DNA of 64,000 nt, taken from contig OX597819.1 of the NCBI GenBank assembly GCA_951406725.2, positions 62,062,001 to 62,126,000 of the forward strand, in the 5' to 3' direction. Of the stretch, positions 38,630 through 51,237 are shown in pieces. The notes beneath the pieces were generated by a model. That model searched no databases and was not told the DNA's origin. It was given only the letters and a program-made list of their open reading frames with translations. Every line of letters begins with the position of its first letter. Position 1 is the first letter of the stretch. Origin of the DNA: Octopus vulgaris. Lineage: Eukaryota. The position numbers and the translations under genes are program-made.

Positions 38630-38882
38630 CAATGGTTCTCAACGTGGGTCCACCTGACACTTCGAGGTCCATATAAAATTTTGTTGTAAAATTTACGGAC
38701 AAGAAATTATTTATATACTTCTGCAATACGCAAAACATTTTTTTTTAAAATACAATTCCAAATAACATTGAATTACAAAAAATATAATAGGAGTTTTAAA
38801 AAATCGAATGGCTATGAGGGTCCATCTGAATAAAATTAAAGGGGTCTATAGGAATAAAAAAAAAAATGGTTGAGAACCATTG
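38630..38882. mobile_element. hAT (Charlie-like) MITE
   Basis: TIR caatggttctcaac / gttgagaaccattg; 8-bp TSD atatagag / atgtagag. Confidence 0.85.
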
Positions 38883-39296
38883 ATGTAGAGGAACTTGCTC
38901 GGGAAGCGGAAGAAGAAAAGATCAAGAGAAACCTGAAAGAATTCTACATCATCTAAAGCCTTCTCAGGAAATCTGCAAGCCACTTCCATCCCAGTCGAAG
39001 ACAATGACGGAAAAACATTTTTACAAGCCAGCAGGAACGGTTGAGAGATGGAAGGAAAGCTTTGTAAAGTTTCAAAACCGTCTTGCTCCACTCAGTTATC
39101 CAGATAGACCTTTAGCTGAAACTCGTAGAATACCACACAGAGATCCCACCCCAAGAACAAACTTGGAAAGCAATCTTTAAAAAGAGAAACGGGAACGCAC
39201 CTAGCCCAGACGCAATCCCATCTGAGACCCTGGAAACGGATATGAATTAGTCGATCGAAATTCTTTACCACCTGTTCAAAAAATTTGGGATACAGG

Positions 39297-39451
39297 TAGG
39301 GGCGAACGTAGAATATTAAGGGCCCTCGGACATAACTGTTTACCGGGCCCTTTAGAATTTATTTAGTAGAGTTAACATGTAGAGTGCGGGCCCCTCTGAG
39401 TTCCGGGCCCTCAGGCAGTGCTCGATTGACCAACGGCTCAGTCCACCCCTG
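39297..39451. mobile_element. hAT-type MITE
   Basis: Termini taggggcgaac / gtccacccctg, internal gggccc motifs, and 8-bp flanks gatacagg / aatacagt. Confidence 0.65.
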
Positions 39452-39931
39452 AATACAGTTATGTTCCTTGAAGACTGGAAACATGGCTATCTCTTGAAAC
39501 TTCCAAAGAAAGGAAACTTAAAAGGACTACACCAACAGGATAGGTGTTTAATCAGGTGGTCATTGAATGGTTATAAGATGAGGTGGACAAACTTTTACGA
39601 AATGAAGAAGATGGGTTCTGAAAGGACATATCCCTCGCCATATCGTGGTTCACCTATCACGGTTTATTTAAGCTTACGTCGACCCCTCTGTAGTGTTGTT
39701 TTGCATCTATAATAAAATAGCTACATTGAAAAGGTTGCAAGACGCAACGAAAATTTTAGGAAAATAAATATAAGAAATAAGTGGAAATTTTACCGGTGAG
39801 GGTGTTAAATTATAAGGCACAAAAAGAAAATGACTCTCCTCACACACAACAGAATATGTTTCAACACACGAACTCACATAAAGAATCTTGCAAACCAAAT
39901 CCCCAAATGGAAATGGAAATATATACAAATT

Positions 39932-39992
<61 letters not shown>

Positions 39993-40524
39993 CATACATA
40001 CAATACAGTACTGTTTCTACTTCGCGGATTCTCACCTACCGCGGGGTTTTGGGAACGTAACACCCGTGGTAGTCGAGGGAATACTGTACTGATCAGATAG
40101 CTTGTGTGTACACCTGATTGGTGGAGTGATCAAGCAGCTGAGTGGTTTCCTAAGTTCGTGTCACCGATCGCGAGATCATTTGCGTTACAGAACTCCAAGA
40201 GTTTTACCTTGATCTTCCCTTATTTTGTGTGCCCATAGCCACCATATATTCCAGAGGAGCTATAATGGTGTGATCCAATATGTCTATTAAAATCGTCAGC
40301 TGATATTGGGAACGCCGTTGTTACTTATCGAAGTTGTCCACAGAAGGACCTCATAAAAGCACACAACACGCGCATACACAAACACATTTATACTCGCGTG
40401 TACACACAAACACACATTACAGATAAACGACAGAAAATGGAATACACACACACACATATATATATATATTTATATATACATACACGTTTATAAATACATA
40501 TACATATATACACACACACATATA

Positions 40525-40597
<73 letters not shown>

Positions 40598-41429
40598 ATG
40601 TATGTATGTATGTATGTATGTGTTATGACTAAGGTAAATTATCGCAGAGACGCCGTCCGTCAGTAAATTAACAGTCAAGTTAATGCCACAACATTTAATG
40701 TAGCGATAGGGAAAAAAAACAAAATTGCACACGCTAACACCAACACGTATACACATATAATCATAGACATAGATATGTGCACGCTGCGAAAATGGTTTTA
40801 TAAATTGTTTATTTATTTTTTCTTAAGAAGAAGAAAGCAGGCGTTTCTTCTGCCACCATGTTTTTCTTTTTTTTTTTTAATGGTTATATTTAGCTGAAGC
40901 AGCGATTAATATAAATTATTAGAAAAAAATCCGTGTGACATTGTTTTTTTACAATTATTAGTGAGAGATAATATATTAATTTATTTTATTTTTAATGATA
41001 ATTATTTCTTAATGATAATGATAATAATAATAATACATCATTATCATATTGTCTGTGTCCTTATATATCTTAATAGAATTATCGATTCGAAGTAATGAAT
41101 AGCTACGTATTCATTGATGAAAGTAGGTCACATTGTAATGTGGAATCTTCTCAGGAGAAAATCAGTCCATCTTTATGATATTTAATAATTCTGAGACATT
41201 TCGCGAAAATTGCATCTAGTTGGCAGGTTAAAAAAAAAAATTTATTAGTATTATTATATATATTATTGATACGGATTTATATTTTCGCCTATCAACCTCG
41301 GAAAATTGTTTAAAAAAATAATTCATTTAAATTTTTATACCTTTATAAAAAATTTAAACGTTATTTTAATAATAAATCAAGTAAAAAAAAAAATTAATTT
41401 ATAACGAAGCAAAAATAAAAGAAAATTAC

Positions 41430-41744
41430 AAAAATTACAAAAATGAAGGAAAAAAACAAATTTCTGACACGATCGGAATTATTAAATCGGTAAACTTCGG
41501 CATTTTTCGTATCTCACCGAGCATTTTTGTTTTAGTTGATTTTGTGTTCTCTGTCGTACTTGAGAATGAAGCAATAAAAAGTTGCTTCCGGAAATTGCCG
41601 ATTTTTAACGAGTAGTAAATCGGAGAGACAGTCCTTTTACAGACTTGGTCCCGTCCCACTGAGAATAATAAGTCTTGGTTGGTAAATCTGTTTGGACGCC
41701 ATATTTGTGAATCTTGGCGGACAAAGGTTCTAATCCGAGAAACA
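41430..41744. promoter_or_regulatory. Putative OGT promoter/5'UTR, CpG-rich, with a palindromic ETS-like site (TTCCGGAA, 41586-41593)
   Basis: Repeat-free, CpG-retaining segment flanked upstream by A/T tracts, directly before the putative OGT ATG. The CCGGAA core is present on both strands. Confidence 0.5.
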
Positions 41745-41769
41745 ATGGCGCAAATTTCTGATACGACAG
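41745..41769 (+). CDS. OGT: O-GlcNAc transferase, putative first coding exon (MAQISDTT-G, phase-1 donor)
   Basis: aacaATGGCG CAAATTTCTGATACGACAG|gtcagt: good start context and GT donor at 41770. Phase 1 joins in frame to the exon at 63174 (G+GT=Gly), giving [19 protein letters not shown], which parallels vertebrate OGT ...[15 protein letters not shown]. Lies in a CpG-rich, repeat-free promoter-like region. Confidence 0.72.
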
Positions 41770-42560
41770 GTCAGTCTTATATTTCAAAATCATTTTTATT
41801 CGATCATTGCTTTCAGTTTAATTACTTTTCATTCTTTTCTTCCTTCATTTTAACCTCTATTTATTCATCGTCATCATATCTCAATGGACGGTCTTACGAA
41901 TGTCATCTATTGAGTCATTTCATAAAAGCCGCACGCAGCATTACCATTAATTTTATTTATTATCATTTATTTTCAATTATAGTTCACATCAATTTCGCTA
42001 CACATTTTTCAATCATTTCCATTACCAATTATATATATATTTAACCTAGTTTATCCCCCAAAACATCGGCTTCACCATAATTATACAATTTACTCTACGT
42101 TCAGTCTCTTCCATCTGTTCATCTTGTTTATCTTTTATTCTCTCGATGTGGTTATTCCAGAGATTTCTCTCATCTTATCTCTATTTTCTATCTAGTTTAT
42201 ACATACACACACGAGTAAATCTCTTATAAATGTAAATATGCACACTTATGAGATAGCTATCTACATGTGTATGTATATACGCTCATAGGTATTATATACA
42301 AACAGGTTAAATAGCTGTCTATATATGTATACATATAAGATCACATATATGCGCACAATACTTCGCGGGTGTGTGTGTCTGTGTATATATATATATATAT
42401 ATAGATAGATAGACACACACACACGTGCTAAAATCTCTACATGCATATACTCATAAAAAAAAACTCCATCTCCATATATATGCACAAATTGCACATACGT
42501 GTGAGTGTATGTATATATATATATGGTACTATTTAAAAAGACCACCCTTCTTAAAGAGTA

Positions 42561-42607
<47 letters not shown>

Positions 42608-42709
42608 CTGTGGATGAAATTGACAATCACATAGCCATGAAATTATACATACACGTGCAAAAAACTCAAAGTTCTGGGTATATAAACACATAAGAAAAAC
42701 CTGTGTATC

Positions 42710-42741
<32 letters not shown>

Positions 42742-45700
42742 CATACACACACACACACACGTACAGTATAGCTTTCTACATATGTGTATTAAAAAGTAAA
42801 GTTGCCTCGAGGCTCATTAGGTTGTCGTTTGTCTCCAGATTCCGAGATATTTAAGCTCGTGAGTGAGAAATATTACAAGACAGGAGGCTCATGGATGGGA
42901 CGCCACGTAGTCGTACAGTTAACCCCTTTTCCCTTGGGATTAATTTTTTAAAAACTGATAATGATTTGAAATAAGAAATAAAAGTGTCTTGCTCAAGAAC
43001 ACTGTACCAAATCCACGATTTTACGATCTTGAGCCTAACAATCTAACCACTACGCCACGCTCTGTCGCCACACACATATATATTATATATATATATATAT
43101 ATACACACACGTCCAAAACCACATGTTTATATACACATAGAATGGTCTATGTATATGTATACACAGATTTGCGTGTGTATAAACTCGCCAAACTACAGTC
43201 TTCCTCTTTCTATAATCTTTATTAATCGTATATATATTAGTTGTCTCTCTACCACATCTCTTTCGCTCTATCCATCCATATATTAAAACGTCTTCTCCAA
43301 GGCTGATGTTTTAACCTTTTACTTGTGCACTGTTATTATTTATTAGTGGAAAACAGCTGTCTCAGCTTTCACCCTAACCTCCATGAATTGAATGCTGCAC
43401 CCCCCTTCCTCCAGTATTACGCAAGAGCATTTATTCAGTTATGATTTTTCGATGCGGACCGAGGTTTTATTGAACTACTACTACTGTTGTTCAATTGTGA
43501 TTTTTCGATACGCACATAGATTTCATCGAATTCCGCTTTATTCAATTATAATTATTCTATGATGCTGATATGGGGTTTCGTCGAATTCTTTAAAAAGCTT
43601 CGTGGCACCACCAGTTCTTTAACTATTCTGTAGCAGTGGAAAACGATGAACGTCACAAAATCTCATTTTCCAGTTCTCTCAATGGCACCGTGACGGTGTT
43701 CACATCTGCATTAATAAGATCGTTATTAGCATCATCTCTCACTCACTATCTTTTTCCATCTATCTCCTTCCTTCCTTATATATATTTTGTGTTTGTGTGT
43801 AGTTTTCTTCATGATAACCAATCCCAGATTTTCAAACCACTTGCAACCTCAACATTACACCCAGTTCTAATAATAAAGACAATTTCTCTCTCTCTACTAT
43901 GTATAATATGGTATATTTCACCAAGAATTATTTCATTTGGCATTCTTTTATACGCAAATTTCAGTGAACCACCTTCCTATATATTAAAGTACACAAGGTT
44001 ATTTTTTTGTTTTGACTTAAATCTGTCCTCTGGTTTCGCTGTTTTTGTTATTTACTTTTATATTTACTTTTCCCTTTCTTTTCCTCATTGGAATTGAAGT
44101 TACAAAGAGAAGGTGCACTGTCTGCTTTACCATTTATTCACGCAAGCCATAAATCCGCCATGTGTGTGTAATATATATATATATAAAATGTGTGTGAGGT
44201 AACTTATGTGTATATTTATTACATAGTGTTTACGACCTATGTAATAGTGTTGACTTCAATCAATTTCAACAACGTATTGTGATAGGCATTCGGAATTGTA
44301 GAGATTATTTTTAATTTCCTGTACAGTTTTATTAATATACGTACTTGTAAGTCTTTATACTTACAAGTGCGTATATTAATAAACCTATACATGTGCCTAG
44401 TGTGTTGAGGTTATATATACACACATGCACGCACATCTGAAACATACGTGTAGCAAGGTTTAGATGCATTCTTTTATACTAGTATATCTCAGCACGCACA
44501 CTCTGCCACTATTTTCATTTACATAAGCATAGAAGCGCATGCACGTGGGTTTTCTTCATGCGAGTTATGAATTCCACATATATATACATATATAAATACA
44601 CACACACACACACGTCTGTGTGTGTGTGTGATCATAATCATTAGTCATTGCAAATGCAGTGTGAGGAGGAGCCGACTGTATTGTATTGTGATATCGGCGG
44701 AATGTTGCTGTGAGATCATTCCTTAATTCGTATATAGCAAAAGCTATGCATAAGTCGAATCATTAGCATATATTAATCTGGTTTCATATAAAAAGAGTGG
44801 ATAGTAATGTAGATGAGGTTTTTTTCTTTAATAAAAATTCATCAAGGAGAGATCGTCATTGTACGACGGCTGCTAACAAAGTACCTCAGACTATGTAAAA
44901 GTACTGTAAAATGTATCTAAAATTATCATTCCGTGGTATTTTTTTTTTATCCTAAAAGTGAAAATAATTGGGAAATAGATAAAAACGAAGGTAGATTTTT
45001 CAAAAATTTTGTTAAACTTATAACGCAGTATGATGGGTCGGTCAATATCAGTGAAACAGCTGTTCACAGAGGCTTTTGTTGGCCAGGTTTTATTTGCGTA
45101 TTTGTTAGCTGGCAACCATGATAGTACGATTAAATGTTACGTGTCTCTTAGAGAATTCTCTGCAGTTCGATCCGTTGTCTCTTGTGACACTTTGCGCGCA
45201 TGCTCGAACTCATATTACTAAGAAAGAAGTAAACATCGTTTACACTAGCATCTCTTTTAGACTCATCTTTCCAATAATTTGTACGATCGGAACGATATCT
45301 AGACGTTTTATTAATAGGTGTAGATGTGAATGTAGATCTCTCATAGTTTTTATTTTTTATAGAGATATGTGTCTGTGTGCTTTTTTTATAATTGTACATA
45401 AATGTAAAAGTTGCATTTAAATTAATTTATTTCAATAACGAAATATTTTTTTAATGAATAGATTTCAGTAATGTGAAAGATATTCTTATCGCTGTCGGTG
45501 TTTTTGCATAAAGCTAAAATATATGAAAACCAATCTTCCACGTGTTTCGTGCGATCTCATCAGCTTTATCGACCTGTTAGCAGCGGTTCCGATGTTTATA
45601 TTAATTTATGCAATATTCAATTTGTTCTCATTGGCGTCAGCCGTTGTCAAAGACAAACGCATTTATTATAATGTTCGAATGAGATAAGGTTTCTGTGTGT

Positions 45701-48227
45701 TGTATGTGGTAATTGAATATTCTAGAAAGTTTCATAGATTGAAAAAGTATTGTAGAATTATTTCAGTTTTTTGGTTGCAACTTATATTTTTGTCGAAAGA
45801 TGCTTGTTATTTTGGTTATTCTTTTGTAAAGGAAAAAAGTTTATTCAGCTGGTTCAACCTTGAGAAAATATAGTCTATTTATTGTCGGTATCACGTCAAA
45901 AATTCTGTTTTTCTATTGTTTAGAGTACATTTCTTAATCTTCAAAAAATGGTTTTAAGCACTTCTCGACTTTTCTTCCACCTTCATTCTAGTAGTAGTAG
46001 TGGTGGTGGTGGTTGTGGAATATCACTCACATCTATATATATACTATGCTCTGTTTTCTGGAATGGTTGGTGTTTTTGTAAGTAATTTCAGCAATATGGC
46101 GCATTTACGTCGAAAAGTATTTCTTTTAATAACTTGCGGAACAATCGTAAAACGATTCCTTCTTTGATTTTGTGCTTCTTAAAATAAAACATCTATTATG
46201 AGCAAGTGGCTAGATATCTGCGGCAAAGTCACGAGTGTCCTTCCATGCAAAAAGCAAGATGATATTGATTGATCATAGCTATTATTGTTTATAAGTGGTT
46301 TTTTTATGTAAAATATTTTTGTTTTAAGAGACAAATACTCATTGTCTAAATGCTCTTTCATTTTGTTGTTGGAGTAGTTTCATTGTATGTGGAATAATAA
46401 TTCAAGAAAAAAATTATTAAATGTTTGAGAAGAATTTTGCGGAATATCATTTTGACATTTTCCTTGAGAAGTATCTAGGTGTATTAGCAGTCAACTGTCA
46501 TGATGAATTCCATAGTGGTGCTTCTGAACTTAGAACTCTAAAATATCTTATTACTGAGAAATGAGCTTCTAAACTTTCTGAAGCTTTTTGGTTATTTAGG
46601 ATCAATAATATCGTTCGTCGGCAGACTACAAATTTGAAGGGGCACAGTCGGTTGAATCAATCTCAATACATGAGTGGTACTTATCGACCCCAGCAATAAG
46701 ATCATAGTACCGGTAAATGAAACTGCTTCTAGCATTCTTTACCTTCATAAATAGTAGACCTGATGCAAACAAGATTTACTGGTGTAAATAATTCCATGAA
46801 GCTGGAATTTAAGAAAAATGGAGAGGGAGAGACATTGAATACTCTGTTCATTCTAATATCAATAAAAAGCCTTTTAAGATTATGTAAAATATATATGCCA
46901 GAATCTATCTTGATGTAATATACTTAAATGCTGTCAGCAATTGAATATTTAGCAGTATATCAATCAAATCTGAAGTCTGCGAGAAATCTTTGAACTGAAG
47001 GGGTTCAATATCTGATAAAATTGGTGATTGTTGTGAACAAATAGCTAAGCTCGAACTAGAAGCTAATAGAATGACCATTGAAAAAGCATGAGCCTCACAC
47101 ATTCCTTCTCATTCCATTGTGTAGTTGTAAATGAATGATTATTATTGGCTGTATTTTATCTACATAATTTTTTTAATGACGTAAACTTGTAGTATGTGAA
47201 ATCTAAGAATAAATACATCAATATATGTGGTATATTTATTTCTCATCTCTGGATGTTTGAAGTAATTATTATGAAAAACTGCATCAAATTTGAAATACTT
47301 CCATTTGTTAGTTGATTGTCAACCAAAATCTCTCAACTTCTTGTTTTCAAAATAAGTATTTTAATATATACGTTAGAGGTTAGACAAAAAAAAAATACCA
47401 TTTGAGTTTTTTTATCTCTGATTTGTTGTTTCATTTGAAAAGTGAACTGGAATAAAAACATTTCAAAACTAATTATTTTGTTGTGTTAGTTATGAGCTGT
47501 TTTCATTCTATTCATGTGTATATGTGCTGATGTATTATTGGTTGAAGAAAAGGAAAGAAAAATAAGATCATTTTAGTAAAAGTTAAATAATGCAAAAATT
47601 TTTGATGCGCATTAATATGGTATGGCTATGTGATTAAAAAACTTGCTTTCCAACTGTGGTTTTGAGTTCAGTTCCACCTAGGGCAAATACCTTCTACTTA
47701 GGCTCCAGGCCATCCAAAGCTTTGTAAGTAGATTTGGTAGATTGAAACTGAAAGAAGCTTGTATGTATGTGTGTGTGCATTTTGTGTTTACCTATGCCTT
47801 GACATGGAGATAGTTGTAATTGAGCATCACTGTCATACAATGTTTGTTTAACATCTGTGAAGAACATGGCTGGTAATGAGGAAATGTTACATTGTTTGGA
47901 AACAGAAAAGGTTAGTGAAAGGAAGGGTATCTGACTGTAGGAGAATTTGCCTAAAAAAATATTCTGCCTGACCCATGCAAGCACAGAGACGTAGATGTTG
48001 AAATGTCGATCACATTTTAAAAATAAATAGCAACATATTTAAGAGTTTTTTGTTTCCACTGAATCAACTTCAACTATGTTGCTCTTTATGAAAATTAGCT
48101 TATTCTTTGCCAACAAAGATTGATGGAAACTATTCCACTTCAAATCACCACATTCCAATCCCACCTCAGTGTTGTGTATGTGCAATTTAGTTCATAGATA
48201 ACTCTACCCAGAATCACTTGCCTGTCT

Positions 48228-48300
<73 letters not shown>

Positions 48301-49684
48301 CTCATCATCATTGTTTAATATCTACCTCCCATGCTGGTATGGGTTGAATGGTTTGACATGAGCCAGTCAGGTACAAGACTACACCAAGCTACTGTGTCTG
48401 TTTTGGCATGGATTTTACAGCTGGATGCCCTTCCTAACATCAACCACCCCATAGAGTGGACTGATTGCTTTTTATGTGGCACCAGTACAGGCGATGTCAG
48501 TTTTGGCATGGCTTTCACTGCTGGATGCCCTTCCAAATGCCAATCACTTCACAATGTGGACAGGATGCTTTTTACATGGCACCAGTGGAGGCTCTTAAGT
48601 TCTTTATTTGCTTCATGTTATCAGCCAGTTATGGAAAAGGCATTGTCCCAAAGTGGTTGCAGTAAGTAGCTTCCACTATATATATATAAAATAGCTGATG
48701 TGGTCCTTGAGATATTTATAGATCTCCTACACACTTCTGTGTGGTAAAAAAGATTCACTCTCTTAGGTACAGTGTCTGACTAATGTAAATACTTGTAGTT
48801 GCATGGATTTGTCATCAATTTTGTACATGTCTGCTTTTTTTTCTTCCCAGTTTTAGTCTTTGCATTTGGGTGAAATGCTCTGAAGTATAACTCTATTAAA
48901 TACTAATCCATTTCTTCCATGTTCTTATTTTGTGTACATTGATATACTAACTAGCATTACCCTTTCTCCTACACAGGTAGTGTGCCTCATCTATGCACAA
49001 CCTCACACAAGACTTGAGACTGCTTTCACAAACAGTAACTTCAAATCACAACCTTCCTATTTATAAAAACAAATTCCTCTTCTAGACCTTACACCCTTTG
49101 ATTTTCCCTTCTAACATCACTTACTCCATTTGGAAGACTGGGTTTTATTTTCAGTACTAAGAGATATTTTGGTTCTGATCAGTTACCATTTTATAAAGCG
49201 CAAGTGCATATAGATATTTAGGAAAGTGCTGTTGTTGTACACATATAAACATCTGCTTTAACAGTCACTTAACTGATTACATTCACCAATCCCACATATA
49301 TAAGAACTATCTCTTCTCCCACCATTATGACTTCTCTGAACTAGTAAATGTCATTCTACTCCCACTCAGAGCTTAAAGTTTTATCCTTTCATCATCTCTT
49401 CGCAACTCTAACTCCTACCCACTCTGCTCAATATTTTTTAGTGTCTAATCATCCCTTTAGAATTTGTTCTTTTTTGACCAGCAGAAGTTGAAACTAGACA
49501 CTGTTGATTAACAAAAATTATGTAAGAGGATAGCTTCAATGGCAGAACATGAGAAAATGCTTTTCAGAATTTTGTTAAAATCTGGCAGCTTTGCTTTTTG
49601 TCTCTCTTGGGCAGTTGTGAACTGAGGTCCTTTAAATTGATTTGAGCTCTATCTAAAAATGTTGCCTTTTGCCAATGTCTGCAG

Positions 49685-49721
<37 letters not shown>

Positions 49722-51195
49722 TTACAGCATCCAGCTGTAAAAACCTTTGCCAAAACTGACCTTGCCTGTGCTTGTGCAACGTAAAAAGTACACTCTGCTG
49801 AGTGGTTGGTGTTAGGAAGGGTATTCAGCTGTAAAAATCCTGCCAAAAGAGTCACAGAAGTCTGGTGCAGTCTCTGTCTGGTTGGTTCCCGTCAAACTGT
49901 CCCAGCATGGAAGGCAGACATTAAACGATAGCCTCTACAGCTGGATATTCTTTGTAATGCCAACAACATTACAGTTAACTGTAATTTTTTCATGGCACCA
50001 ATACTATAGACTCTTGTCTGATTGGGTGTTTGGTAAAGAGGAGGGCAACTTTACATGAGGTGTTTAGTGGTTAAAGTATGATAGAAGGGATGAGAACAAG
50101 TTTCTTGCTGTAGAGGAGATATATGGATACCTCACATTATGTATGCGTGGGTGAGTAATTAGGTTGGAGCGGATTAGAGAGAGAACTAGAAATAATTGCA
50201 ATGATATCTTTGGTCTCAAGTACAAGGCGAATAAAAGTGTGGGTACAAGTCAGATAGATTGCAGGAGTGTATGGGCTGAATGAGAGATGGCTAGAGATGT
50301 GAGTAGTGAACAGGAGTGGAGTGGGAGTTAGTGGAAACTGTGTTGGAAGGGAGGTAGGCGAAAGAAAGGAGTGGCTGACAGTTCAGAAAGGGTGAAAAGT
50401 AACAAAATAGTAATAGAGTAGATGAGGGAAAGATGAAGGAAAAGGTGATGTGTGGGTGGTGAATGTGAGACATGTAGTGATAAGATGTAAGTCAGAGGTA
50501 CACTGGATTAAAGTGAAATGGCTCAGATGAAATCAAACCTGTGATGTCAGTACTGAGGTTGACAGTGTAGTTCTTATAAAATCTACAAAAGGCTCTATGT
50601 ATATAGGTGCAGTTGTGGTTGTGTGGTAAGAAGCTTGTTTCTCAACCACATGGCTCAAGGTTCAGTCCCACTGCATGGCACCTTGGGCAAGTGTCTTCTA
50701 CTATAGCTTTGGGCTGACCTGGTTTGTTTTTGTCCCTGTAACTTAGCTGTTGGGCAAAAGAGACCAATAGAATAAGTACTAGGCTTAAAAAACACAAGTC
50801 GTGGAGTTGATTGTTCGACTAAAACTCTCCAAGGCGGTACTCCAACATGTCTGCACTCAATAGACAAACAACTAAGTGTATATATATGAGTTAAAGTATT
50901 TTGTTAATGAAGTCAGTTGACTGATCAGATAGTTATGTCTAGCATCTATAGAATAGATATTAGACATCTATATTTTGTAAAATCTACATAGTTCCAAGGC
51001 TAGTTTAAAATAGTTTTTTCTTTTTATGTACAATATCTCTAAGTAGTGATGTTGCTTTGGTGTAGTGGTTATCACAGCTTAGAAGTGTTAATCATTGTTG
51101 AGTATTCAAATTGTGCTGGCAGTGTCACAGCTTTTCTTCGTCTGCTGTGCTCTCTCTCACACACATATACATCTGAGTGGTTGGTTGTGTGTGTG

Positions 51196-51237
<42 letters not shown>

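Larger units (their letters stand above)
38390..39660 (+). mobile_element. Old RTE-clade LINE ORF relic, split by two hAT-type MITEs
   Basis: ELAREAEEE..NLKEFY, KRNGNAPSPDAIPSETLETD..IEILYHLF and EDWKHGYLLKLPKKGNL match the RTE endonuclease-RT linker and RT start. Confidence 0.75.

Noticed and set aside
40852-40893. Perfect Kozak gccaccATG
   Set aside because: Followed by poly-T and a stop within about 10 codons.
41679-42044. 121-aa ORF spanning the OGT start
   Set aside because: Only MAQISDTT-G is plausible coding sequence; the rest reads through the donor into T-rich intron.
43636-44097. 153-aa hydrophobic ORF
   Set aside because: GTG start, T-rich composition, no motif and no splice support; probably a chance intronic ORF.
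45026-45070. gaaacagctgtt palindrome suggesting another hammerhead
   Set aside because: The upstream box reads atgatgg rather than CTGANGA, and stems I and II do not pair.
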